From Nemertoderma westbladi (lineage: Eukaryota; Animalia; Xenacoelomorpha): a DNA stretch of 44,559 nucleotides. The stretch spans positions 1 through 44,559 of the forward strand of contig JAUCBJ010002531.1 in the NCBI GenBank assembly GCA_032718475.1, read 5' to 3'. The translations under genes were made by a program, and so were the position numbers. Shown here in pieces: positions 12,584 through 23,815 of the stretch; the first letter of the stretch is position 1; each line of letters begins with the position of its first letter. A model generated the notes under the pieces. It had not been told where the DNA came from. It saw nothing but the letters and a program-made list of their open reading frames with translations, and did no database searches.

Positions 12584-13459
12584 TTAATCGATATCCATAT
12601 CGGGGGATCGGAATTGAACAACCTTTAGGGCTCGTTTCAGGACAGCAGCTCTTACTGGTCCTGGATTGGTTGTCTGTATGACAGCGGTAGGTCGACCGAA
12701 CGTAGTAAGGAATTTTCTCGGTTTAATCGTTCTTTCTAATTCGCGTTCCCTTGCTTTGTATTCATATGGTCGTCTATGAACTTCTTGTAATTCTGGGTGT
12801 GCGTTTATGAATAATTCACCGTATTCAGGATCTTGTCGAATAAAGTTAATCAGATTATAAGAATCCAAGCTACAGGGATTGATATTTCTCAGATATTTAC
12901 GGACGTATTTGGTTGAAACACTCTCGCCAACGCGTTTCATCAGTTCATAACTAGGAGTGCGAGATTTTTGTTCAACTGAGGAAAAGAGGCATGGGTGAAA
13001 CGCATAAATTCCTTCGTAGACACGTCCTGGATAATATCGGTGGCGTGATTCACAATGGAGATCCGCACTAGCTTCCCATGCTCTGATATACCATAATGCA
13101 ACTATTTTGTCTATGTTTTCTAGGTCTCGGTTGAAAGGGCAATCGAAACTAGCATCTCCTTTGAACTGACAGTGGTGACATTGAGTCATGAATTGAGGAC
13201 AAACAGCGAAAATCTGCTGATTGTTAAGTCGACAATAAGCACAATAAATTTCCATGGAAGGTTGATCTTTAAAGTAGGAGCATTGTTGGAGTCTAAAGTG
13301 ACTCCAAAAATGGGAACCCCTTGATGAACTTGTTCCATATTCATATATCGGTCCATGTGCCCCTCCTCCCCTCTTCACAAACATCATCATTGTGGATGTC
13401 TCTGAGGTTAATTCACCCGACCCATGATCTATCGAGACATACCCATGTCTAACATCCAT
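12584..13459 (-). CDS. Orphan 291-aa ORF with two degenerate zinc-knuckle/Nanos-like Cys motifs
   Basis: Long open frame in an AT-rich background. CAYCRLNNQQIFAVCP (Cx2Cx10C) and CHHCQFKGDASFDCP (Cx2Cx4[D for H]x4C). No family firmly recognised. Confidence 0.55.
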   Translation of the reverse strand: MDVRHGYVSIDHGSGELTSETSTMMMFVKRGGGAHGPIYEYGTSSSRGSHFWSHFRLQQCSYFKDQPSMEIYCAYCRLNNQQIFAVCPQFMTQCHHCQFKGDASFDCPFNRDLENIDKIVALWYIRAWEASADLHCESRHRYYPGRVYEGIYAFHPCLFSSVEQKSRTPSYELMKRVGESVSTKYVRKYLRNINPCSLDSYNLINFIRQDPEYGELFINAHPELQEVHRRPYEYKARERELERTIKPRKFLTTFGRPTAVIQTTNPGPVRAAVLKRALKVVQFRSPDMDID

Positions 13460-13626
13460 TGCTTGGTTTTCAACTCCCCCTCCCCAGGCACATATCTTAT
13501 AGCTACATGTATTCTTCCATGTTGTGTTCCTAGTTTATCATCACCATGGTAACTTTCATTGAGTGTCCACCATGAGTCAAATTCGCATTTATCTAAATAA
13601 ATATAATAAATACAATAAATAAATAA

Positions 13627-14537
13627 TTTTTTTTTTTTTTTTTTTTTTATTAATGAATGCTTAACATATACAAATACTTAATAATAAAATTACACCATTA
13701 TTATAATATTTTTTAATTAATATATTCAATATATTTGCCACAAATATATGTAGAATAAATGATTAATAAATACTGATAAATTTACTTAATACAATAATTA
13801 CTGTAATCAGTAGTTACCCAAATCAGCGCCATGCAAACCCGCACCGTCTCCAAATCCCAAGCCCCGCCATGGACGCCGACCTCCACGGAGGCAGAGGGAG
13901 CTAGACTGGAGGAGCGCGAACTGCAGCCGCTGGCGAACACCCCCCAGCACGCACGCGAGGCCCCTCTCACGCATACCATCCCGCCGAGCCACAAGTGACT
14001 CCGCTAGATGGCGAATTAGTATTTGAGCCTCGGTGCACCAGACACCATCGGTGGTGCCAACCAGGGGGGTGAAGGCCATCCTCCGGTCGTTGCAGACGGT
14101 CTGGTAGTGTCGCTTCTTCAGCCGACACCTCTCCTCCAGGAGAGACTCAGTTGAACGGTTGGTCTGGACATACGAGGTGGCGTCAGCGTTGATTAACGCA
14201 ATGTCGAACGACGCCACCCGTTGATTGGCCCAGACCCCCCGAGCAACCAGGTCTGCCCGTACGCCCCCACCTCCCGGCCCTCCCAATCCAAGTACCCCCT
14301 GGAAAGAGTCACTTCCCGCTCAACGCTGGAAGGACCAACCACAGAGGCTATCAGCTCCCCGAATACCTCCCGGGCCTCATCATGGCGCTTTATCACCAGC
14401 CCACCGGACTTGCAGCTCAAAGCATGGGATGTGGAGAATGGGCCCCCACACCCCTCACACTTCACAGGCAAATCTGGGGGTACAAGGCCATACCGGAGCG
14501 CCAGACAATCCCGGAACTCCTCCGGGCTTAGGTCCGG
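13627..14537 (-). mobile_element. 5'-truncated CRE-like non-LTR retrotransposon (zinc knuckle + restriction-like endonuclease)
   Basis: LSPEEFRDCLALRYGLVPPDLPVKCEGCGGPFSTSHALSCKSGGLVIKRHD, then after a frameshift RADLVARGVW...ASFDI...SY...KKRHY...FTPLV..TDG. GC-rich body, AT-rich 3' UTR, T22 at 13627-13648 = poly(A), TSD ATAAATAAATAAT at 13615-13627 and 14538-14550. Confidence 0.88.
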
Positions 14538-15088
14538 ATAAATAAATAATTCAGCAGGTAAATTTATTTTTTACTTTTTTCAGCAACTAATATTATTATT
14601 AACTGAGGAACAAACTTAACATGTATGCTGTTGCACAAGTAAATTTGCTTCATCCGCTACAATCTCAATGATCTGCAGATGTGTTTGATTCTTATAATAA
14701 AAATAATATCTTATATTTCGCATACCCACTGCACATGTGCGAATGGTTGTGCGAGGTGTTTAAAGTGCACACTAAATCTGGTAATTGTTGAAATATGTGT
14801 CACTTGTAATGTATTTTCAATATGTATCTACTGTTTACACTCTACCCTACAATATACGTACATTCTACAATATAAAACAATATATATATATATATAACAT
14901 TCCAGAATTCGGTGAACAATACTAATAAATAAATATTGCACTACAGTCCTTTCCTTATATTTGAAACAATTATGAATTGTATACTAAAAAGGCCAGCAAC
15001 AATAATGTGCTGTATCCATGAATGTCTATATTCTAGAGGAGAACACAAATAAACTTTTTTTAATTAATTTATAAAAATTTTATAGAGT

Positions 15089-16064
15089 ACACGTTCGTGG
15101 GGCCTTCGCGCAGCACGAGGCTCAGTTATGAGATACAAATTAAAATTGAGCAATTCTAACACAAAATCTGTATTTAAGAATTTAACCAAACCGCAAATAA
15201 ATCATAAGAGGGGAAAGTTGATCGTTTTCACCCCCCCCCCTTAATCTGCTCCCCAACCCAAAGGTACACAGAGGATTGTTCACAGGCAGGAATTAACAGC
15301 ATTTAAAAGTAATATATTTTAGGCGTGGATGCGACCTAATTTATAAGAAATATTATAACTTACCTTATGACGTTTTAGTATTGATACTGAAATATTAATT
15401 TACCATGTCGATGTCACAAAATTATTATTTAGCTATATTTATTCTAAAGAATCTCCATTAAATACTCAGGCAATCATTTTGCCAGATAAACAATAAGCAA
15501 ACTGTCTTATTACTCTAGGGCCTAGCACTATTGCATGTCCTTTAGAATTACACCTTGCTGGAATAGTGGTGAGGTGGAACTGGTCGGACTGATTCCTAGC
15601 CCAGCAAACACACCGGACGTGTTCTAGCACAATCACGTTCTAGATCAGTGATTGCACTTTGATATATTTTGCCCTCTAGCGGCAGACTAGAGAACTGCAG
15701 ACAGATGAGCCTCCTTTGAATGACACAGTTAATGGTGTATTACAAATATGCCAAGTTTCAGCTAGAACGGGTTTAAAGCAAAGAAAATGTGAGGATATTT
15801 AATATCTAGACATGTAGCCCTCTAGCGAGAGACTGAGGATTTGATGGTGTCTGGAAGTCCCTAAAAAGCAAAACTTATGGTCTTATTGATGCCTATTAAT
15901 TTTAGACTCGAAAGCTTTAAATCCGACGAAGTTTCAAAATCGTAGCGACGATGATGACATACAGTAACATTATTGAATGAACTATTTGCCATAATTGACC
16001 TCCCCCCCTAAGAGATAGCGTCAGTTCGCAAAGGCTCCACCAACTTCGTGGCTCAGACCCCATA
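15089..16064 (-). mobile_element. Diverged inverted copy of the HINE/DINE-1-like family
   Basis: Ends match the 18.6/20.8-kb copies in reverse (GTGGGGCCTTCGCGCAGCACG at 15097; CTTCGTGGCTC..CCCCA at about 16044-16062); GCCCTCTAGCG units at 15671 and 15817. Confidence 0.75.
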
Positions 16065-16239
16065 CCCAATGCTATAAAATGTATTCGATCGATATACAAT
16101 TATATATTAATCCGCTAGGTGGTGTCAAATTATTATTCTGCAATTTCGTACTTGTACAGTACAGCAGTACCGTACCTGTAGGCCTATGTCATTACTTCGG
16201 AGTCTCTAGCCGATCCCCAATTAAATGTCTTAACTTTTC

Positions 16240-16738
16240 AATTTCGTAGAAGATAGACTTTATGATTCTCTACAAGCAACCAAAATTTCAGCTGTGGAAA
16301 ATGACGGACGGACAGAGGGACGGTGGGAAGGAGGGACGGAGGGATGGACGGACGGAGGGATGTAGGGACGGAGGTACGGAGGGATGGATGGACGGAGGGA
16401 TGGTGGGACGGAGGGACGGATGGACAGATGGATGGAGGGACGGATGGATGGATGGATGGAGGGACGGATGGACAGAAGGACGGATGGATGGAGGGACGGA
16501 TGGATGGAGGGACCGAGGGACGGTATTGGACAGAGGGATGGAGGGACGGAGGGACGGAGGGATGGAGGGACGGAGGGACGGAGGGACGGAGGGACAGAGG
16601 GATGGAGGGACGATGGGACAGAGGGATGGAGGGACGGAGGGGCGGAGGGACCCGGATGGACGGACATGCCCCATTTGCTCTATATGAACCGTATGCCAAG
16701 GCTCGCCGACTACGTGTCTCGCCCCACAGTTTCGTGTA
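16240..16738 (-). mobile_element. 5' part of a related HINE-like subfamily with an expanded (GTCC/ATCC/CTCC)n microsatellite
   Basis: Minus strand starts TACACGAAACTGTGGGGCGAGACACGTAGTCGGCGAGCCTT, similar to TGTGGGGCGAGCCACGAAGTTGGCGGAGCCTT; compound tetranucleotide tract at about 16303-16665. Confidence 0.65.
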
Positions 16739-17029
16739 GTTTAGCCATGAGTAGAACATTACTGGTATTATTTAGAATATATTTCATAGCTAAGTGAAAG
16801 AACAGTGTTCCAGTACTGTTATGAGAAACATTTTGGTTTTGTGTCATAAAATTTCAATAAAAGTTATACTTATATTTTTTCGGTAAACAAATAGAATTGC
16901 TTTGCAAATCTAGCAAAATTTTGGAACTTCGCATAAAAATTTTGCATCTGACGATCCACCTATCTATCCACCTATCCTAGCTCTCCGCCTATAGTATTGC
17001 TGAAAAGAATGTCGGGTTCACCTAGGTGA

Positions 17030-17182
17030 ATAGGTGGAGCTTCGCAAATGTCGCGATCTTCGTGACATATTTTGTGTTTAACAATACTATAGGGGGAGCT
17101 TCGCAAATGTCGCGATCTTCGCGAAATTTTGTGTTTAACAATACTATAGGTGGAGCTTCGCAAACGTCACGATCTTCGCGAA
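17030..17182. repeat. 58-bp tandem repeat, about 2.6 copies
   Basis: ATAGG(T/G)GGAGCTTCGCAAA at 17030, 17088 and 17146. Confidence 0.85.
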
Positions 17183-17193
17183 TGTTCTAGAAC
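17174..17193. promoter_or_regulatory. Perfect 4-pentamer heat-shock-element-like site
   Basis: cTTCgcGAAtgTTCtaGAAc = alternating nTTCn/nGAAn; function unproven. Confidence 0.35.
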
Positions 17194-17454
17194 ATTTTTT
17201 AAAAAGTAAGAAAATCTATAATGAAAAATATATTTTTTAAAATTTTTCTAGAATAAAATATATTATTAGTTCTAGAAAAAAAAAAATATTTTTAAATAAA
17301 ATTGCTAACATGTTCTATAGTATATATATGACACTATTAGTATCAGTATTGTTCACAGAATTATAGAATCAATATTTATTCCTCTCGATTTATCCACTAT
17401 TCCTCCATTTAGTACTACTGAATCTGACATTGTATTTCTTCTCAATAAGATTAG

Positions 17455-18575
17455 TGGTCTGCAGGACCGTGTGGCGGTACTTGAGAATGAGAGGAAGGTG
17501 GGTACAGACACGTCTACCGCTCCCCCCTCTCAAACGCCGGATTCCCAATTCAGGATCCATTTCCAGTTAATCCAACTGATAAGGGTACCGGTACCAGTAC
17601 CGGTATCAGTAACTCTTCAAGGATACCATTCGCCAATGTTGTACAAACATCCAATCCAGCACATTCTGACACAGACAAACGCCAACAGCGGTGAAAGCGT
17701 CGACCGATCAATAAGAACAAAAACGTGGTTCGGGAATCTGTCCCAGCTGCTGCGATTGTTGATGACTGCTCCGACTCGTATGATTCTGATTGCGTTGGAG
17801 TTGATTCTCAGCGACAAATTAATTACGGTAAGGGACGTGATCCGGTGCGAGGTGTGGATAATCGTCTGTTTGTCAAAATCGGGAAGAACAACCGGCCAGC
17901 TAAACATCCAAATAATACTTCATGTAGTCAGTTTAATCGGTCTCGTGATGGTCATGTAATTATAGGTACCGGTAATGCTTCTAAGGCGGCATTCGACACA
18001 GTGGAACCCTTCCAAAAGCTGTTTCTTTCTGGCTGTGGTTTAAATATTACCTCAGAGCAAATAGCCAAGTATTTACATGACTCGCTAGGTTTTAGTGTTA
18101 GATGCTACCCAATTGGAAGGAATACGAATAAAACCTACAAATCATTTATTATACCGTGTAGAGCTGGTGAGGTCGACGCGATGTTTAATGGTGACCTCCG
18201 GCCCTGAGTATTCTACTCTAAGCTACTTCGAGTCGAGACCTCGGGTATCGGGCAGCTCAGCTCGGAAATCTACTCCAGTTATTAACCCGACACAACGCGA
18301 ACCAGAGGGTGCCGGAGTTGCCAACAGGAGACCATCCCCTCGATCGTACCCTATCTGTTGGATCCAATGGCCCCTCTACAACGGCTGTTGGATCCAATGG
18401 CCCCTCTACAACTGATCCGGTCGTATCTGATACGGAACCTGGTAAGCCCAGCGATATCAGTCATGTTGTAACTTACAATTTGGGTGACAACCGTTTCACC
18501 CACCTACCTGATGATCCTCTGCAGGGCTAGGCACTCTATATCATCTTTTTTATAAATGCGGGTATACCATCAATG
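17455..18575 (+). pseudogene. Degraded ORF1 of a CR1/L2-group LINE
   Basis: Coiled-coil-like RVAVLENERK, then RRM-like KLFLSGCGLNITSEQIAKYL...C.PI...YKSFII...D.RP as seen in CR1-type ORF1; frameshifts and stops; MRVYHQCI near 18556 resembles an ORF2 endonuclease start cut off by the next insertion. Confidence 0.6.
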
Positions 18576-18583
18576 TATTATAT

Positions 18584-19856
18584 TGTGGGGCGAGCCACGA
18601 AGTTGGCGGAGCCTTAGCGAATTGACACTGTTAGGGGGTGGGTCAATTTATGCAAATAGTTGTCGTCGTCGTCGTCGTCGTCGTTGTCGTCGTCGTCGTC
18701 GTCGTCGTTGTCGTCGTCGTCGTCGTTACGATTTTGACATGCTAATAACTTTGTCGGATTTAAAGCTGCCAAGTTGAAAATTTGTAGGTATCAATATGAG
18801 CAAAAGTTGAGATTTTTGAGAGACTTTCAGACACCATCAGTGCAATGGTCTCCCGCTAGAGGGCCACATGTCTAAACATTAAATGGCCACCCATTTCTTT
18901 GCTTTTAATCCGTTTAAGCTGAAACTTGGGAAGTATGTACTAGACCATTAGCTGTAAATTTCAAAGGAGGCTAATCTGTCTGCAGTTCTCCAGTCTGCCG
19001 CTAGAGGGCGAAATGTCCCGAATGTGAAATTATTCTTCCATTTAGTTGTTTATGATCTGATTACGCTGAAACTTGTCATATATGTACTAGATGACATCCT
19101 GAGTCTTTGTGTGGATTGTAATCGGTCCGAAGTTTTCCAGTCTCCCGCTAGAGGGCCACATGTCTAAACATTAAATGGCCACCCATTTCTTTGCTTTTAA
19201 TCCGTTTAAGCTGAAACTTGGGAAGTATGTACTAGACCATTAGCTGTAAATTTCAAAGGAGGCTAATCTGTCTGCAGTTCTCCAGTCTGCCGCTAGAGGG
19301 CGAAATGTCCCGAATGTGAAATTATTCTTCCATTTAGTTGTTTATGATCTGATTACGCTGAAACTTGTCATATATGTACTAGAAGACATCTAAGTCTTTG
19401 TGTGGACAGTAATCGGTCCGGAGTTTTCGAGTCTGCCGCTAGAGGGCGAAATGTAGGAAAGTGATAACCTTCGCGAATTCCTTGATCTTAATCTATTTAA
19501 GCTGAATTTTGGAATATACAGTACCGGTATGTACTAGACCACATGCCTCGTCTTTGTGAGGAAGGTGATCGATCCGTAGTTCTTTAATATGCCGCTAGAG
19601 GGCTAAATGTATGAAAGTGAAAACCTTCCAACATTTCGTTATTTATGATCCGTCAATCGGAAACTTGGTAGATATGTAATAGACCATAGGCTGTGGCTTT
19701 GTAGGGAAACTAATCCTTCCTTCTTCAGTTACCCAGTCTCCCGCTAGAGGGTTAACGTTTTCCGGGAAAATCTTCTCCTATGTTTTTATAATCCTTTCGA
19801 GTTGATACTTAGCATTAACTCATTTCACGTGCTGCGCGAAGGCCCCACTTCGTGTA
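18584..19856 (+). mobile_element. HINE/DINE-1-like (Helentron-type) non-autonomous element, copy A
   Basis: Subterminal inverted motifs GTGGGGC/GCCCCAC and CACGAAG/CTTCGTG, (GTC)n microsatellite near the 5' end, seven central ~146-bp tandem units including a near-exact 292-bp higher-order duplication (18849 vs 19141), no TSD. Confidence 0.75.
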
Positions 19857-20034
19857 TATATATACACACACACACAACCACATCGTGTTTTTGAACGGCT
19901 CAACTCTTGACAAGAACTACCCTGGCCTATTGATAGGCAGGTTCGTTATTATTTCGATTTGTATATGTCGATAAACGAGGCTCTGTCTTACACTACAGCC
20001 TCATGGAAAATTGTGATTGGGGGTTATTTTAATT

Positions 20035-20310
20035 GCCGTCTGGATTACGGCTCCCGGTGAGAGGACTTATTAGATACACTGCATAGCATGGAGTGTCTAG
20101 CTCCAAAATAACTCTCTATTATACGGCCTCCCACAAGATCAACTCAACCACCTACAAATATGGTTCTAAACTCCTGTGCGCGCATCACTAATAAGCTTCC
20201 AAGTCGAGGCCACATTACAGACGCTCTGAAATCTTTGCACTGGCTGACAAGTAACTATAGCATCCTACTATATGCACCTGAATATATTGTCGACTTACTA
20301 ACTCCAAATA
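20035..20310 (+). mobile_element. Degraded 3' fragment of an L2-clade LINE ORF2
   Basis: LDYG...; CARITNKLPSRGHITDALKSLHWL and APEYIVDLL match the L2 motif AARL...HITP.L..LHWL...AP.YL..LL. Confidence 0.7.
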
Positions 20311-20771
20311 ACAATCCCACCCATGACACTTATCTATGAACTTTAAAAATACCCTTTTCAATGAAATTTAAATTGTGTTACTTAGATTGAAGCCAGGCAT
20401 ACACGTTGTGGGGTCTTCGAGCAGCACGTGTTCAAATGTTCAATGACTGAGCAGCGACTAATTAACACATTTATGAGAGAATCATTGACCAGCTACCGAC
20501 AGACCAATATTGTGACATAGTTTAATGTTTGATTCAATTAGAGGCACAAATTAAAAAGGCTACAAATATATAGGGGTGAATAATTAAATTAGTCACCCAT
20601 TAAAAGGTAGCCAAATATAAGTTGCAATCTATATAAATTGTTAAATTCAGTAGTGTGCGTGTGTATTGATTCCGTAGATTTCATGTTGAAATAGCGTTCA
20701 TTAATTCAATTTCTAATTAATTATTCAGGCATACTAATACACACATTAAATTAGTTCGTGTGTGTTAAGTG

Positions 20772-22045
20772 TGTGGGGCGAGCCACGAAGTTGGCGGAGC
20801 CTTAGCGAATTGACACTGTTAGGGGGTGGGTCAATTTATGCAAATAGTTGTCGTCGTCGTCGTCGTCGTCGTTGTCGTCGTCGTCGTTGTCGTCGTCGTC
20901 GTTGTCGTCGTCGTTACGATTTTGACATGCTAATAACTTTGTCGGATTTAAAGCTGCCAAGTTGAAAATTTGTAGGTATCAATATGAGCAAAAGTTGAGA
21001 TTTTTGAGAGACTTTCAGACACCATCAGTGCAATGGTCTCCCGCTAGAGGGCCACATGTCTAAACATTAAATGGCCACCCATTTCTTTGCTTTTAATCCG
21101 TTTAAGCTGAAACTTGGGAAGTATGTACTAGACCATTAGCTGTAAATTTCAAAGGAGGCTAATCTGTCTGCAGTTCTCCAGTCTGCCGCTAGAGGGCGAA
21201 ATGTCCCGAATGTGAAATTATTCTTCCATTTAGTTGTTTATGATCTGATTACGCTGAAACTTGTCATATATGTACTAGATGACATCCTGAGTCTTTGTGT
21301 GGATTGTAATCGGTCCGAAGTTTTCCAGTCTCCCGCTAGAGGGCCACATGTCTAAACATTAAATGGCCACCCATTTCTTTGCTTTTAATCCGTTTAAGCT
21401 GAAACTTGGGAAGTATGTACTAGACCATTAGCTGTAAATTTCAAAGGAGGCTAATCTGTCTGCAGTTCTCCAGTCTGCCGCTAGAGGGCGAAATGTCCCG
21501 AATGTGAAATTATTCTTCCATTTAGTTGTTTATGATCTGATTACGCTGAAACTTGTCATATATGTACTAGAAGACATCCTAAGTCTTTGTGTGGACAGTA
21601 ATCGGTCCGGAGTTTTCGAGTCTGCCGCTAGAGGGCGAAATGTAGGAAAGTGATAACCTTTGCGAATTCCTTGATCTTAATCTATTTAAGCTGAATTTTG
21701 GAATATACAGTACCGGTATGTACTAGACCACATGCCTCGTCTTTGTGAGGAAGGTGATCGATCCGTAGTTCTTTAATATGCCGCTAGAGGGCTAAATGTA
21801 TGAAAGTGAAAACCTTCCAACATTTCGTTATTTATGATCCGTCAATCGGAAACTTGGTAGATATGTAATAGACCATAGGATGTGGCTTTGTAGGGAAACT
21901 AATCCTTCCTTCTTCAGTTACCCAGTCTCCCGCTAGAGGGTTAACGTTTTCCGGGAAAATCTTCTCCTATGTTTTTATAATCCTTTCGAGTTGATACTTA
22001 GCATTAACTCATTTCACGTGCTGCGCGAAGGCCCCACTTCGTGTA
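20772..22045 (+). mobile_element. HINE/DINE-1-like element, copy B
   Basis: Near-identical to 18584-19856 (offset about 2188 bp), differing mainly in the (GTC/GTT) tract and a few substitutions; flanks are unrelated. Confidence 0.78.
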
Positions 22046-22944
22046 CGTTAATGTACTGTATAAATGATACTGATTTATGGATTATACAATTTTTTGATAG
22101 AAATACAATTTTTGATGGAAATACTTTTTTTTTTTACTAGCTATTTTTAAATAAATAAAAAAAATCTAGCATATGTTCTAGAAGGTAATATTTTTTTATT
22201 TTATTTGTGTTCTAGAATTGTAGCGGTATATATATTACTTTTCTTTTGTTCAACAACTCATCAACGTATCCATAGAAACAATAAGATGTTTTAAAAATTT
22301 AGTGCAATACGGAACTCTTGCCAAAACTAATATTCCTTCCAGAATATTATTTTTTCAAAAGGAACTACAGTATAAAACATTGAAATTATATATAGAAATT
22401 AACAGGAACTGCGATAAAAAATTTGTACGGGCAAATAGGAGAACGGAACCAGTGTCGAAAATAATAGCTATGCTTATATAAAACATGGCTATCATAAAAT
22501 TTAGTTGCTTGAATATGAAAGGGACATTTGATCATTGAAGGAATAATTGTATCAAAATGTGAATTTCCAGAACTCTCCTCATATTATCAGGTCTCAATCT
22601 TTAAAATCGGTTCCAGATTTATTATACCTAACTACCTCCTACGTATGCTAGGCATCTGATACACTTGTCGCTGTACGGGATCATACCTTTCGGCAACAAT
22701 TCTGTAATAAGTTCTAAACAAATTGGTTGTGAATTGTAACCATGGTAGCTAGTGGATGGAACCTATTAATATGCCAATATTTTATATTTTATTATTATAT
22801 TCTAATTGATTGGCGGTAACTAAGCTACCAAAAGCGGGATAGGATTAATAACTGGTTATTTTCCCTAGGGCGAATTCGGATATTTTTTTACATAGCCCAC
22901 CATTGTATTGTTATTTTAAACAGTTTGTAATGGGGAATAACGAT

Positions 22945-23815
22945 AGTTATAAAACCCGAAAATAACGAAAAAGACGAATTTATTAACGAAAACATCGAAA
23001 TTATAAAACTTTAATAAAATCTCTCTAATTAGTGAGATCGTTATTATTAGAAGGGACACTTTACATTTTTTAATTAGTAAAACCCGTTATTAAACCTCGG
23101 GCCAGTTATAAACTGGCCAGTCTAGAACATGTCTGTCCCTCGGGTAAATAGCTCGTAAAATAACTAAATAACCTGGAAATAAATTATGATAATTTCGCCC
23201 CATTTTCGACCCTAAAAGAAATTTTATACCAAAATACTGTCTCTGTTGATTGGTTATTAGGGGTAATCCTATGATGGCAAAACACCACAAGATGGCGCTC
23301 AAATATGCCAGTACAGTCAGAGTGTAGGCCTACTGCAGTTACTGCGTTGAGACTGCAACACTGCAGTACGGTAGATACGTTGACCTGTTCACACGCGCCG
23401 CCCTGCGCAACTTGCCTGGCCGTCACTGTACAGTGTACACTTGTAACGCGAAGGTACCGTTCGCCGTGACGCGTATGCAGTGTAGGGGTGCCGCGTGCCG
23501 GACCGATTCCTTCAACTTCGCCCCTTCAGGTTTTACAATGCTTGTAATACACCAGTACCTGATCTGCTGAGCTGATACTGAATTGATTCATCCAAGCCCA
23601 TTGGTCAACAACCAATCAGCTGACAGTACTTAGTATTAAATTTATTTTAAGGTCGAAAATGAGGCGAAATTATAAGATTTTATTTATTAATAAATGTAAA
23701 GTGTGCCTTCTAATAATACCGACATCATTGGAAAGCGAGATTTTGTAGATTGTTTTATAATTTCGATAGTTTTGTTGATAATTTCGTCTTTATCGTTATT
23801 TTCGGGTTTTATAAA
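22945..23815. mobile_element. Foldback/MITE-like element with long imperfect inverted arms
   Basis: TTATAAAACCCGAAAATAACGA (about 22948) vs TCGTTATTTTCGGGTTTTATAA (about 23793); ATTATTAGAAGGGACACTTTACATTT vs AAATGTAAAGTGTGCCTTCTAATAAT; ATAATTTCGCCCCATTTTCGACC vs GGTCGAAAATGAGGCGAAATTAT. Outer limits uncertain. Confidence 0.75.

Noticed and set aside
13496-13502. TATAAG baculovirus-type late promoter upstream of the orphan ORF
   Set aside because: Too short to be significant in AT-rich DNA, and it lies within the C2-like reading frame.
14551-14580. Spliced-leader RNA gene as the CRE target (CAG|GTAAAT plus T-rich tract)
   Set aside because: No recognisable leader, Sm site or tandem repetition; AT-rich chance match likely.
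16238-16797. Six overlapping Pro/Ser- or Gly/Arg/Asp-rich ORFs
   Set aside because: By-products of a stop-free tetranucleotide microsatellite.
18556-20965. Protamine-like poly-Arg/Cys ORFs (18556-18777, 20762-20965)
   Set aside because: Translation of the (GTC)n tract of the repeated element.
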